This document shows positions 40,110 to 49,005 of a stretch of DNA of 64,000 nucleotides, piece by piece. Source of the DNA: Candidatus Undinarchaeota archaeon (GTDB lineage: Archaea; Undinarchaeota; Undinarchaeia; Undinarchaeales; UBA543); the NCBI GenBank assembly GCA_964636545.1, contig CAZWSR010000003.1:6947-70946 (forward strand). The letters are read 5' to 3'. Within the stretch, counting starts at the first letter, position 1; each line of letters starts with the position of its first letter. The notes beneath the pieces are model-generated. The model did not search any database. It was not told the DNA's origin and saw only the letters and a program-made list of their open reading frames with translations. Both the position numbers and the translations under genes were made by a program.

Positions 40110-40808
40110 TTAATTATTAATTTTGTTAAATTGTGCTTGTCCTTTTGTTTCGTTTTGAATTTCTTCATAAAAGTCAGTTTCAATTCCAGCTGGAATAACA
40201 ACAATTGCTTTTAGGAATCCGTTGTTGTCCCATTCTTCTTTTGCAAGAGAATGATGCTTTAGTATTCCGTAAACCTTTCCTGTGTATTCCGGCGGAATTG
40301 TGACTTCTATCTTCAGCTGTTCTATACTTATTGGAATCAGCGGCTTTAGGGCCTGCACAACTTTCTCAACTTGGTCCTCTGCTTTTGCAAAAGGACTTAT
40401 TGAAACGCGCGCCTCTTCAATTGCTGTCTCGATTCTTTGAGGCGGGTGAGGTGTTTTTGTTTGTGGGTTATACGCCTCTCGCGCTATTATCGCTATGATT
40501 GCTCGCTTTTTTTCTTCAGACATTTTCTTTTTCTGTTCTGTTGTAAGTTGAACCTCTCCTTTTTGTATGATTTGAGAGGCAACTTGTTCAGAATCATTCG
40601 TTCCGAATATGTCTTTCATCACATTTTCTGATGCTTTGTCGCCTTTGCGAGCGTCTTTGTAGATTTCATTTGATGCCAGCACATCGCGAATGCTTACGCT
40701 GGTTTCCCCGTCTTTTAGCTTTAATGCAAGGACAGGGTCTACATATATTTCGAAATTATGGCCACCTTGACTATAACGTGCAAGGACTGCCTTATCAATG
40801 TTTACCAA
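40110..40808 (-). CDS. Ribosome maturation factor SBDS/Sdo1
   Basis: FEIYVDP, GEVQLTTEQ and PHPPQRIE. Confidence 0.94.
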   Translation of the reverse strand: MVNIDKAVLARYSQGGHNFEIYVDPVLALKLKDGETSVSIRDVLASNEIYKDARKGDKASENVMKDIFGTNDSEQVASQIIQKGEVQLTTEQKKKMSEEKKRAIIAIIAREAYNPQTKTPHPPQRIETAIEEARVSISPFAKAEDQVEKVVQALKPLIPISIEQLKIEVTIPPEYTGKVYGILKHHSLAKEEWDNNGFLKAIVVIPAGIETDFYEEIQNETKGQAQFNKINN

Positions 40809-40846
40809 TGTTTTCTCCTATTACTCAACAAGTCGGTGAGTATGAT

Positions 40847-41590
40847 CTATTTTTTGCCTTTTTTGACATTCCCTATTACTTTCAGAATGTATTCTTTTAT
40901 TTTTTCAGGCTTTGGTGCGTGGAACTTTCCATTTATATCAATGTACACGATTTCAATGCTTCGTTCATTGAACCTTTCGTTTGTTCCTTTGTAAAGGGCT
41001 TTTAATCCCAGTTCTATAGCTTGTTCAAGCCCCATTTCCTCTTTATAACCTTTTTGGAGCAGTTCTTTTACTTTTTCAACGTTCTCACCAATGGCTGTAG
41101 CCTTATATTCCCAAAAAGAGCCACTTGGGTCAGTTTCAAAGAGTTTTGGAGAGCCATCAACACCTGCTAACAAAAGTGCAGTGCCGAATGGCCTCACGCC
41201 AGCGACTTGGGTGTGTAATTGCTTGTAGTCACAAATTTCTTTTGTAATTGAGTCAACTGCTATTGGTTCATCATAAGTTATTTTATGAGATTGTGCAATA
41301 ACTCTTGCTTTGTCAATGATTCTTCTGCCATCTGCAACTAATCCAGATGTTGCAGCACCAACGTGCTCATCAATCTTGAATAGTTTTTCAACAGAATCAG
41401 CTACCATTAATTCCTCATTTACATTCTTGTCAGCAGCTAGAAGAACTCCGTCTTTGTAAACAATTCCAAGGGATACTGTCCCTTTTTTTACAGCTTCTCT
41501 TGCATATTCAACTTGGTAAAGTCGTCCTTGCGGAGAGAAAACCGTTATTGCGCGGTCATATCCCATCATTTGTGGGGGTTGCATTTCCAT
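40847..41590 (-). CDS. psmA: Proteasome alpha subunit
   Basis: GYDRAITVFSPQGRLYQVEYA and RPFGTALL. Confidence 0.97.
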   Translation of the reverse strand: MEMQPPQMMGYDRAITVFSPQGRLYQVEYAREAVKKGTVSLGIVYKDGVLLAADKNVNEELMVADSVEKLFKIDEHVGAATSGLVADGRRIIDKARVIAQSHKITYDEPIAVDSITKEICDYKQLHTQVAGVRPFGTALLLAGVDGSPKLFETDPSGSFWEYKATAIGENVEKVKELLQKGYKEEMGLEQAIELGLKALYKGTNERFNERSIEIVYIDINGKFHAPKPEKIKEYILKVIGNVKKGKK

Positions 41591-41648
41591 TCTTTAATCA
41601 CCTCATAATAATATCTGTGGATACTGGGGTAGTGGTATTTAAGGGTTG

Positions 41649-41987
41649 TTATATGAATTTCACTTTTGCTTTCTTAATTGTCCCTGAAACTCCTTTCACT
41701 ACAAAAGCTGCTTCAACATCTCCGATTTTCGTAATTGTAGTTACTGAAGCAACAACTGTCTGAACTGCCTTGTGTGAACAGCGAACAATTCCCTTCTTTG
41801 TTTTAGCATCATATTCAATAAGCCAGACATTTGTTTTTGAAGCTCCAAATTCACCAAACATTCGAAGTATTGAACCAGTAATTGCACGTACAACATCCTG
41901 CTCCTTGACACTGGTTTTTGATATCAGATCAAATACAATGTATCTCCAAGTTTCTTTCATTGTTGGTTTTACGCGAAATTTGGTCAT
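41649..41987 (-). CDS. rnp2: RNase P protein component 2 (Pop5/Rpp14)
   Basis: PTMKETWRYIVF, GIVRCSH and GVSGTIKKA. Confidence 0.92.
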   Translation of the reverse strand: MTKFRVKPTMKETWRYIVFDLISKTSVKEQDVVRAITGSILRMFGEFGASKTNVWLIEYDAKTKKGIVRCSHKAVQTVVASVTTITKIGDVEAAFVVKGVSGTIKKAKVKFI

Positions 41988-42649
41988 TTGATTTCAACTC
42001 CCTCTGAAACAATTTTTCCAGATAATTTCTTTCTGTTTGTTTCAACAATCTTTTTTGGAGTAGTGAATATTGCTTTTTTTGCTTCATCTTTTTTAAAACC
42101 AATTGCTTCTGCGAAAAGCTGAATTTGTTTTGGAGTTCTCATGTCATAAATTGTTTTGGCCCCAGTTGTTAGAACAATTGGTGTTTTGTATTTTCTTGCA
42201 AGACGAAGATTGAAATTCAATTTAGAAAGCAAGTTAGCACGCTTCATACCGTAAACTTGGAGAATATCTCTCAAATTTACTTCAAGTGCAACATTATTTT
42301 TAGCAGCATCGCGTGCAGTTGTCTGGTCCACAAAAGCGTGTGAGATTATGTCAACATCAGACATTTCAGCAGCAGCTCTTGCAACTGACACATCCTCAGC
42401 ATCAACCATTACAACAACTGCTTGATTGCGGACTCGTTTGACTGTCTGCTTGAGCTCGTTTTCCCGTTTTGCTTTGATTTCAACAACTGGGATAAGATCA
42501 AGTTTAACTTGTTTCTCAATTTTATCAAAAACCCCACCATCAATTTTATTCTCAAAAACAACACCTAGACCCTTGATTCCAAAACCCTCTACTACAGTAG
42601 GTTTTTCCTTAAATAAAATCTTGTTGTGCAAGTCGTACATAATCAACAT
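41984..42649 (-). CDS. rnp3: RNase P protein component 3 (Rpp30)
   Basis: ARKYKTPIVLTTGA...DMRTP; position between rpl15e and pop5. Confidence 0.88.
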   Translation of the reverse strand: MLIMYDLHNKILFKEKPTVVEGFGIKGLGVVFENKIDGGVFDKIEKQVKLDLIPVVEIKAKRENELKQTVKRVRNQAVVVMVDAEDVSVARAAAEMSDVDIISHAFVDQTTARDAAKNNVALEVNLRDILQVYGMKRANLLSKLNFNLRLARKYKTPIVLTTGAKTIYDMRTPKQIQLFAEAIGFKKDEAKKAIFTTPKKIVETNRKKLSGKIVSEGVEIK

Positions 42650-42664
42650 TTAGAATGGCGCCTT

Positions 42665-43168
42665 TTATTTGTTTCTAAGGCCGCGAATCTTTTTAGCAGC
42701 ACTTGTCAAACCACGGTTTGCTCTGTGAGTGTGCTGTTTTTCGCATATCCATTTCAAGTTCTTGTCATTCTGTATTTGTGGATGCATTGGGTCAACGATT
42801 ATAACTTCATACCAAACTGATTTACTGTCAGTTCCAACCCAGTAAGAGTTCAGAACTTCCATGTTTGGATATTTTCGCTGTACTCGCTCCTCAAGCATTA
42901 GGCGTTTGCTCTTTCCAGGAGTTACATGAACACCAAGTTTTGAAGGCTTTCTACCTTTGTTTGGCCTTGGTCGTTTCCTGCCACCTGTTCGCATTTTTGC
43001 CCTAACCACAAATATCCCTTCTTTTGCCTTGTAACCAAGTGCTCGTGCACGGTTTATCCTAGTAGGTCTTTCAAGTCGTAGGAAAGATGGATCGCGTCTC
43101 CACTGAATAAAACGTTCCTTGTCTTTACTTTGTAGAAATGATTTGTTTAGATATTTGTAATATCCCAT
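42665..43168 (-). CDS. rpl15e: 50S ribosomal protein L15e (eL15)
   Basis: RPTRINRARALGYKAK, VLNSYWV and RGLTSA; start at MGYY with a GAGGA SD. Confidence 0.95.
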   Translation of the reverse strand: MGYYKYLNKSFLQSKDKERFIQWRRDPSFLRLERPTRINRARALGYKAKEGIFVVRAKMRTGGRKRPRPNKGRKPSKLGVHVTPGKSKRLMLEERVQRKYPNMEVLNSYWVGTDSKSVWYEVIIVDPMHPQIQNDKNLKWICEKQHTHRANRGLTSAAKKIRGLRNK

Positions 43169-43177
43169 TTTATTATC

Positions 43178-43246
43178 CTCGTTTTTAGTTTTTGGTTCTT
43201 CGTTTTTCGTTACCAATAACTAATTACTAATAACGAAAGACGAATT
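43178..43246. repeat. AT-rich heptamer hairpin in the rpl15e leader
   Basis: ctcgttt ttagttt ttggttc ttcgttt ttcgtta ccaat aactaat tactaat aacgaaa gacgaat; same family as 32658-32722. Confidence 0.8.
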
Positions 43247-43346
43247 ATCTATTTTCGCTCAAGCCAAAGCCATCAACGCAACGGACGTATCCGCAAATAG
43301 ACTTGATTTTATCAAACAGGTGGTTTAAAAAGGTTTGTATTGATTA

Positions 43347-43724
43347 CTATGCAGAAGCTGGTTCTGCAGGAGTTTCGGGTTCAGGTTTTTCAATTGGTTC
43401 TGGTGTTGGCTCTGGTTCAGCCACAGGTTCTGGTGTCGATTCCTCTTTCTTAGCTTCCTGTATTTCAACTTCCTTAAAACTTTCCTCAATTTTTGGTTCC
43501 TTTAATTTCTCTCCACAGAATGGACATTTTTTATGAATGTGCCTAATCACAAGATCCTCTATTTTTTCTTCGGCTTTCTTTACATCATCACGATCATTAG
43601 TGTCAACAGCAATCATTAGTTCCATAACAGCGTGATTACAGGAATTACAAGATGCTTTCAAAATATCATATCCTTTCTTGTTATCTTCAGGGTGTTCCTT
43701 TTTTCCGAAAAATTTTAGATTCAT
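43347..43724 (-). CDS. Hypothetical protein with CxxC...CxxC (possible Zn binding) and a Pro/Glu tail
   Basis: CNSCNH, CPFCGE and EPVAEPEPTPEP. Confidence 0.7.
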   Translation of the reverse strand: MNLKFFGKKEHPEDNKKGYDILKASCNSCNHAVMELMIAVDTNDRDDVKKAEEKIEDLVIRHIHKKCPFCGEKLKEPKIEESFKEVEIQEAKKEESTPEPVAEPEPTPEPIEKPEPETPAEPASA

Positions 43725-43780
43725 GACATTGCTTTGTAAAGTATTCTATAAAAAGTTTTCCTCCAATCAACTACACAAAC

Positions 43781-43812
43781 GACCTACTACCTCCTACCTA
43801 CTACCCACTACC
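43781..43812. repeat. GGTAGTA-family heptamer arm immediately downstream of the rhomboid gene
   Basis: tactacc tcctacc tactacc cactacc. Confidence 0.8.
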
Positions 43813-43838
43813 TTATTAAAAAACTCCGCCTAATAACT

Positions 43839-44465
43839 TTACATCCACTTCTTTTCCCATTGGTCAAATGACTCTCCGCTAATTTCAATATCGTTTTTTC
43901 TATTGTGTTTTACTTCCTTGAATTTCTTATAGAAATAAATTCCAAAACCAATTCCAATAAACAATCCAGCAAGATGAGCGGCATTCGCTGTCCCACTTGG
44001 CACAAACAATCCTATAAAATCACCGAAAGCCCAGAATGCTGCAGCAACTGCCATTGGCATTGGAAAACCAGTAACCCATACGGTCATTTTTGGCCTGAGA
44101 ATTGCAAGTGCACCTAGGATTCCGAAAATTGCCCCAGAAGCTCCGAGAACTGCGCCGTAAAAAGGAATGGAAATAAATGCAGATGCTAGCCCTGCAGCAG
44201 CGTATAGTATAAGAAAATTTTTACTGCCTATAACTTTTTCTAGTATGGGACCGAAGATTAGAAGCGCGAACATATTATAAAGTAAATGTGAAAAACCGCC
44301 ATGCATGAACGCATGTGTCACAATTGTCCAAGGCCGGAAGACTGCATAATCAGAGACCAGTACAAAATAATTTTGGAGATCTCCAATAATAAATTGTATT
44401 ACAAAAACTCCCATACAGATTAGAGCAATGCGTATTGACCACCAAGAGGATTTTTTTTTAATCAT
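43839..44465 (-). CDS. Rhomboid intramembrane serine protease
   Basis: RPWTIVTHAFMHGGFSHLLYNM, GASG and AHLAG; ATGA overlap with the upstream gene. Confidence 0.93.
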   Translation of the reverse strand: MIKKKSSWWSIRIALICMGVFVIQFIIGDLQNYFVLVSDYAVFRPWTIVTHAFMHGGFSHLLYNMFALLIFGPILEKVIGSKNFLILYAAAGLASAFISIPFYGAVLGASGAIFGILGALAILRPKMTVWVTGFPMPMAVAAAFWAFGDFIGLFVPSGTANAAHLAGLFIGIGFGIYFYKKFKEVKHNRKNDIEISGESFDQWEKKWM

Positions 44466-45109
44466 ATTATGAACCACATAACAATTGAAACTGCAAGAGG
44501 AATTGTGAAATTATCATCAAGTCGGATTGGGAGAGACTCAACAATCATTCCGACAACCGCGGCAATGATTGCTAATGGAAGTGAAGTAATAATTAAACAA
44601 GCAATAAACGATGTCAAGAGACCAGCTATAGAACCTTCCCATGTTTTTTGTCGATTAAAGGAAATTTTGTGTTTTCCAAAATGTACTCCGATTAATGTAG
44701 AAAAAGAATCACCAACAGCTAACACAAGCATTGCTATTCTGAAAACAGCAGGTCCGAAAACAAGCAGGGAAATAAAACCACTGAAAAAAATAGTTGTGAT
44801 CCCAATATAAATTCCAAGTCGGCGCTCTTCAGCTCTGGCAAAACTATGGCAATAATCAAGAACTCTTTTGAGAAAACCTAATCTGTGTGAAAGTGGACGG
44901 AAAAAGCACAATGTAGAGCCAACAACAAATCCTAGAATTAAAAATAATAAAAGAAATACTTTTGGAATAAAATAGCTTGCAATCACCATTATCATTCCAA
45001 ATAAGTGAAAGAGCTGTCGTTTAAATTCCAAAGTCATGGCCAGAAATTGAATCAGTGAGTTTAAATAAATTATTATTGCAAAAATAGCGATAACTATAAA
45101 AGCCACCAA
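44462..45109 (-). CDS. Dolichol/phytol kinase-like CTP-dependent lipid kinase (SEC59/DGK1 family)
   Basis: RQLFH, GDSFSTLIG...KTWEGS and DDNFTIP. Confidence 0.85.
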   Translation of the reverse strand: MVAFIVIAIFAIIIYLNSLIQFLAMTLEFKRQLFHLFGMIMVIASYFIPKVFLLLFLILGFVVGSTLCFFRPLSHRLGFLKRVLDYCHSFARAEERRLGIYIGITTIFFSGFISLLVFGPAVFRIAMLVLAVGDSFSTLIGVHFGKHKISFNRQKTWEGSIAGLLTSFIACLIITSLPLAIIAAVVGMIVESLPIRLDDNFTIPLAVSIVMWFII

Positions 45110-45127
45110 AATATAGGGTGAAACATT

Positions 45128-46165
45128 GTGAGGCTAGACGAAAAGATTTTAGATTATATTAAGAGAACTGGACCATGCACTCCGATTGAGGTAGCGCAGC
45201 GTGTTGGTTCTGATTCCTTGATTGTTGCAGCAGTTTTAGTTGATGCAGTTAGCCAGAAGAAAATAAAACGCTCAAAAAGAAAAGCTGGTGGAAGCCATCG
45301 TTATTATTACTATCAAGAACAACTTTCAATGCTCCAGAAAAGAATCAACAGCGTCCTGACACCGCAGGACAAAGAGATGGTGCAGAAAATTCTGGACAAG
45401 AAAATGTTCAGTGAATTAGAAGTAGAACCGCAAGAAGTCAGCATACTTTCAGGTCTAGAAGACCTTATCACAGGATTTACATTTGAATATGACAATCACC
45501 TTATACGAGGATGGTGCGCACCAAATATTCCTGAAGAAAAAGCTCGAGAAGATGTTTTGAAAAAATTGCAGAAGAAATTACAAAAAGAGGCTGCAAAAGA
45601 AGAAGCCGCAAAAGAAGAAGAAGCTCCAGCTCCTAAACAAGAAGAACCTAAAGCTGCAGAACCTGAAGAACCTAAAAAAAAACCTCAACCAGAAGAAAAA
45701 AAGGAAAAAGAGCAAGAAAAGCCAACAAGCCAAAGCAAAGAAAGTCCAAAAAAAGAAAAAAAGGACGAGGAAAGTAAGGAAGACATCAAAGAGCAAATAA
45801 GAAAAGAAGTTCTGGCAGAAGTTAAGGGAAGTTTTGTTGATAATATTATACAAGCACTTGAAAAGCAAGAAATCGATCTCACAGACCAGCGAGTTGTGAA
45901 AAAAGACAAGGAATATGAAATGATAATTTCTGTTCCAACAAAACTAGGCATAACCCAGAGATATCTTGTAAGAATTTTTGACCATGGCAAGAAAAAGATT
46001 GGTTCAAAAGACATTTTCAGTTTAGGAATGGATGCGATTTCAAGAAAGATTCCTGCAATAGCAGTAAGCTCAACAGGATTTGCAAAAACCGCTATTAAGA
46101 AATGGAAAGAAGAATTGCAAGACATGATGCTGCTGATGACTGAGGACGATTTATCGGACATTTAA
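45128..46165 (+). CDS. Hypothetical protein: N-terminal winged helix, charged linker and a C-terminal Mrr/restriction-endonuclease-like fold (tentative)
   Basis: ILDYIKRTGPCTPIEVAQRVG; K/E-rich linker; C-terminal IAVSSTGFAKTA. Confidence 0.6.
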   Translation: MRLDEKILDYIKRTGPCTPIEVAQRVGSDSLIVAAVLVDAVSQKKIKRSKRKAGGSHRYYYYQEQLSMLQKRINSVLTPQDKEMVQKILDKKMFSELEVEPQEVSILSGLEDLITGFTFEYDNHLIRGWCAPNIPEEKAREDVLKKLQKKLQKEAAKEEAAKEEEAPAPKQEEPKAAEPEEPKKKPQPEEKKEKEQEKPTSQSKESPKKEKKDEESKEDIKEQIRKEVLAEVKGSFVDNIIQALEKQEIDLTDQRVVKKDKEYEMIISVPTKLGITQRYLVRIFDHGKKKIGSKDIFSLGMDAISRKIPAIAVSSTGFAKTAIKKWKEELQDMMLLMTEDDLSDI

Positions 46166-46717
46166 ATGAAAATTTTCTACAAAGACATTGAATTGGATAT
46201 TTTAGATCAGGTTTATGAGCCACGAGAGGATTCAATATTGTTAGCTGACCAGTTGAATGTTAAAAAAGGAATGAATGTTTTAGATATTGGAACTGGGTGC
46301 GGGATTCAGGCAATTGTTTCTGCAAAACAAGGAGCAAGTGTGGTTGCAACTGATATTAATCCAAATGCAATTGAATGTGCAAAGCAGAATGCGGAAAAGA
46401 ATAATGTTGAGATTGAGTTTCGACAGGGAGACTTATTTGAGCCAATTACTGAAAAATTTGATTTGATTATTTTCAATGCACCTTATTTGAAAGAAGAAAG
46501 TGCACCAGCTGAAAAACAACCAATTGATGATAGTTATGCAGGTGCTGGAAAGATCAATGAATTTCTTGAACAATATAAAAATTATTTAAAACCAGATGGA
46601 AGCGCACTATTAGTTTACAGTTCACTTTCTGGAATTGAAGTAACTGGAGAAATAATTGCCACTAAGAAAGTAGCTTTTGAAGAAATTTTTGTTATTAAAT
46701 TAAATGCACGGAATTGA
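46166..46717 (+). CDS. HemK2/PrmC-like SAM-dependent methyltransferase (putative release-factor Gln methylase)
   Basis: VYEPREDSILL, LDIGTGCG and FNAPY (NPPY-like). Confidence 0.85.
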   Translation: MKIFYKDIELDILDQVYEPREDSILLADQLNVKKGMNVLDIGTGCGIQAIVSAKQGASVVATDINPNAIECAKQNAEKNNVEIEFRQGDLFEPITEKFDLIIFNAPYLKEESAPAEKQPIDDSYAGAGKINEFLEQYKNYLKPDGSALLVYSSLSGIEVTGEIIATKKVAFEEIFVIKLNARN

Positions 46718-46876
46718 ACCACGGCAGAAAAACAAGAAAATTATAATAACAACAATGATACCAATTATTGCACCAACACCCATACCTTTCTCGCTTCTAA
46801 TTTTGTAAATTGCGTCCTTTAGAGACATTTCAGTACGATTATCACAAATACCGTTGATTGTGTCACTAATGTCCAT
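46700..46876 (-). CDS. 58-aa single-TM small protein, pilin-leader-like
   Basis: Hand-translated MDISDTINGICDNRTEMSLKDAIYKIRSEKGMGVGAIIGIIVVIIIFLFFCRGSIPCI; TTAAATA box 22 nt upstream of the ATG. Confidence 0.55.
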   Translation of the reverse strand: MDISDTINGICDNRTEMSLKDAIYKIRSEKGMGVGAIIGIIVVIIIFLFFCRGSIPCI

Positions 46877-46919
46877 AGTTAGAATAAGGATATTGCACTA
46901 TTTAAGTGTTTTTTTTAGG

Positions 46920-46980
46920 AATTTAGATTTTAGAATTTGGAATTTAGAATCAATTCTAAACCCCAAAATCAAAACTCCAA
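46920..46980. repeat. AT-rich heptamer hairpin downstream of the DUF2085 gene
   Basis: aatttag attttag aatttgg aatttag aatcaatt ctaaacc ccaaaat caaaact. Confidence 0.7.
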
Positions 46981-46987
46981 GCTCTAT

Positions 46988-47551
46988 TCACAGAAGCACG
47001 AAAATCAGTTTGACTATTACTGAAACCCCAAGAGAAAGTGAAAGAAGAATAGATAAGAAAATTAGGAAAAGACTAGCCCCGTTTGAGAATGTTTTGAATG
47101 ATTTAGAATTTCTACCTAAGTGAAAAATCAGAAAAACAATTGGTGCTATCAAGAAACTAAGAAGCGAGTTCCAGTTTGGAATAGTTGCAACAACTGTTCC
47201 GCTTGCGAAAACTTTAGAGAAAACAAAAAAGAAACTGGTTGCAATTGCTGAGCCAGCAAGATAGCCAGAGAAAAACCGAATTGTGTTATTACTTTCTCTC
47301 AATTTAAACAACTGAGTAAATCCGTCAATAGCAACTGGAAGGATCATTAAACCGATTAGCCAGATTGAGAATGAAACACTTGAAAGTCCATAAAAGATAA
47401 ACAGCCAGATCAGAGTAAACAAAAACCCATACTGATTTCCAGTGCATCTTGAGCATAAAACCGAGAAGCTGTCAGCAAGTTTGAAACAGCGGTTCTTTTT
47501 CTGGTGGCAAGCAAATCGTAAAATTATTCTGAACAATTCAAGGTTGTTCAT
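46988..47551 (-). CDS. DUF2085-like membrane protein
   Basis: CHQ...CSRCTG motif and DGFTQL...ESNNTIRFFSG. Confidence 0.82.
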   Translation of the reverse strand: MNNLELFRIILRFACHQKKNRCFKLADSFSVLCSRCTGNQYGFLFTLIWLFIFYGLSSVSFSIWLIGLMILPVAIDGFTQLFKLRESNNTIRFFSGYLAGSAIATSFFFVFSKVFASGTVVATIPNWNSLLSFLIAPIVFLIFHLGRNSKSFKTFSNGASLFLIFLSILLSLSLGVSVIVKLIFVLL

Positions 47552-48627
47552 TCTTTCTCCAAAATCAAACCAAGAACATCTCCGTCCTTGACTTTATGTT
47601 TTAGATGAACTTTTTGAGCATCAAACTTGGCACTTGGACCCCAGACCTCAGCATATCGGAATCGCTTGAGAAATGATTTGTGCAATTGTTTGCAAACATC
47701 TTCAATAGTTGAACCTTTTTTGATAATCAGCGGCTCTTCTAAATCAGCTTTCTTTCCTTGTTTTTTCATGAAAACCCTAATGAAATTTAGTTTTTTGAAA
47801 ATCATTTCCCTGAGCTTGTCAATATTTACACCTTTGTCAGCTGAAATTGTCAAATCGTGTTTTACTTTTGGAACAATTTCAACTGCATCAATTTTATTTA
47901 GAATCCGCAATGCAGGAACATATTTCCGGTTTCCAATAACTGCATCAAGGAAATCATCAAAAGTCAGTTTTCCGCGAGCTGAAACATGAACATTAAGATA
48001 GCCAAATTCAGTAAGAACATCCTTTATTGATTGATTGTCAAGTTTAACTGCGCTGGACTTGTCAATTGTAATTCCACCATACATCTTTTTCTTAACTGCA
48101 ACTGCTGGCTCTGGCTGATCTAATCTGAAATTTGCATCATACAACTCCTTTTCCATTTCAGCAAGTTGTTTTGGTTTGGTTGCATCAATTAAAAGAACAA
48201 CCAAATCTGCGTTTCTGATAACTGAAAGCACTTCCTTACCACGCCCTTTTCCTCCAGCAGCTCCTGAAACAAGTCCTGGAACATCAAAAATCTGGAGTTT
48301 AGAATGATTGTAATTCATCATACCTGGAACAACATTGAGAGTTGTGAATTCGTAGGCGCCAACTGGAGATTCTGCATTTGTGAGCTGATTAAGAAGAGTT
48401 GACTTTCCAACAGACGGGAAGCCGACCAGAATCACAGTAGCGTCGCCTGTTTTCCTTAAACCATAACCAAGACCCTGCGCCTTTCCAACACTTGCTGATT
48501 TTACTAATTGCTCTTTTAATCTAGCGAGTTTTGCTTTAATTTTCCCAATATGGTGCTGAGTAGCTTTGTTGTACTTGGTTGTTACAAGTTCTTCTTCAAG
48601 TTCTTTGATTTCGTCTTCAATTGCCAT
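47548..48627 (-). CDS. drg: DRG/Rbg-family GTPase with TGS domain
   Basis: GFPSVGKST, YEFTTL, DVPGL and NKID; start at MAIEDEI. Confidence 0.93.
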   Translation of the reverse strand: MAIEDEIKELEEELVTTKYNKATQHHIGKIKAKLARLKEQLVKSASVGKAQGLGYGLRKTGDATVILVGFPSVGKSTLLNQLTNAESPVGAYEFTTLNVVPGMMNYNHSKLQIFDVPGLVSGAAGGKGRGKEVLSVIRNADLVVLLIDATKPKQLAEMEKELYDANFRLDQPEPAVAVKKKMYGGITIDKSSAVKLDNQSIKDVLTEFGYLNVHVSARGKLTFDDFLDAVIGNRKYVPALRILNKIDAVEIVPKVKHDLTISADKGVNIDKLREMIFKKLNFIRVFMKKQGKKADLEEPLIIKKGSTIEDVCKQLHKSFLKRFRYAEVWGPSAKFDAQKVHLKHKVKDGDVLGLILEKE

Positions 48628-48679
48628 ATAATAAAATATAAAAAGGTAGATATGATATAAAGATACTGGTAAGGTAAAA

Positions 48680-48889
48680 ATGGTAAGAAAAGGAAAAAGA
48701 GCAAAAGATAACAACAGCAAGAAAGAAAAAAAGAAAAACTTTGCAACAATTAATTGTAGAATCTGCGGAGCATTTGCAGGGCAATTTGAATATACTGAGA
48801 AAGTAGATTATCAGCGAAAAGTAAAAAAGGAGTTAGGAAACACGCAGTGGCGAAATGTGAAAAATGTAAGAATGATAAAGAATTTGTAA
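48680..48889 (+). CDS. Small basic hypothetical protein (CxxC)
   Basis: 69 aa with an ATG start, divergent from drg; no recognisable family. Confidence 0.4.
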   Translation: MVRKGKRAKDNNSKKEKKKNFATINCRICGAFAGQFEYTEKVDYQRKVKKELGNTQWRNVKNVRMIKNL

Positions 48890-49005
48890 TAGTTGTGAAA
48901 GGAAAAACAAGAGATATAATAAAATAGACAGAAAGGTTGTTATATTATAAAGATATTTGGTAGCTGACCCAAAACTAATTTAAACCAAACAATTAACTCT
49001 AAATT

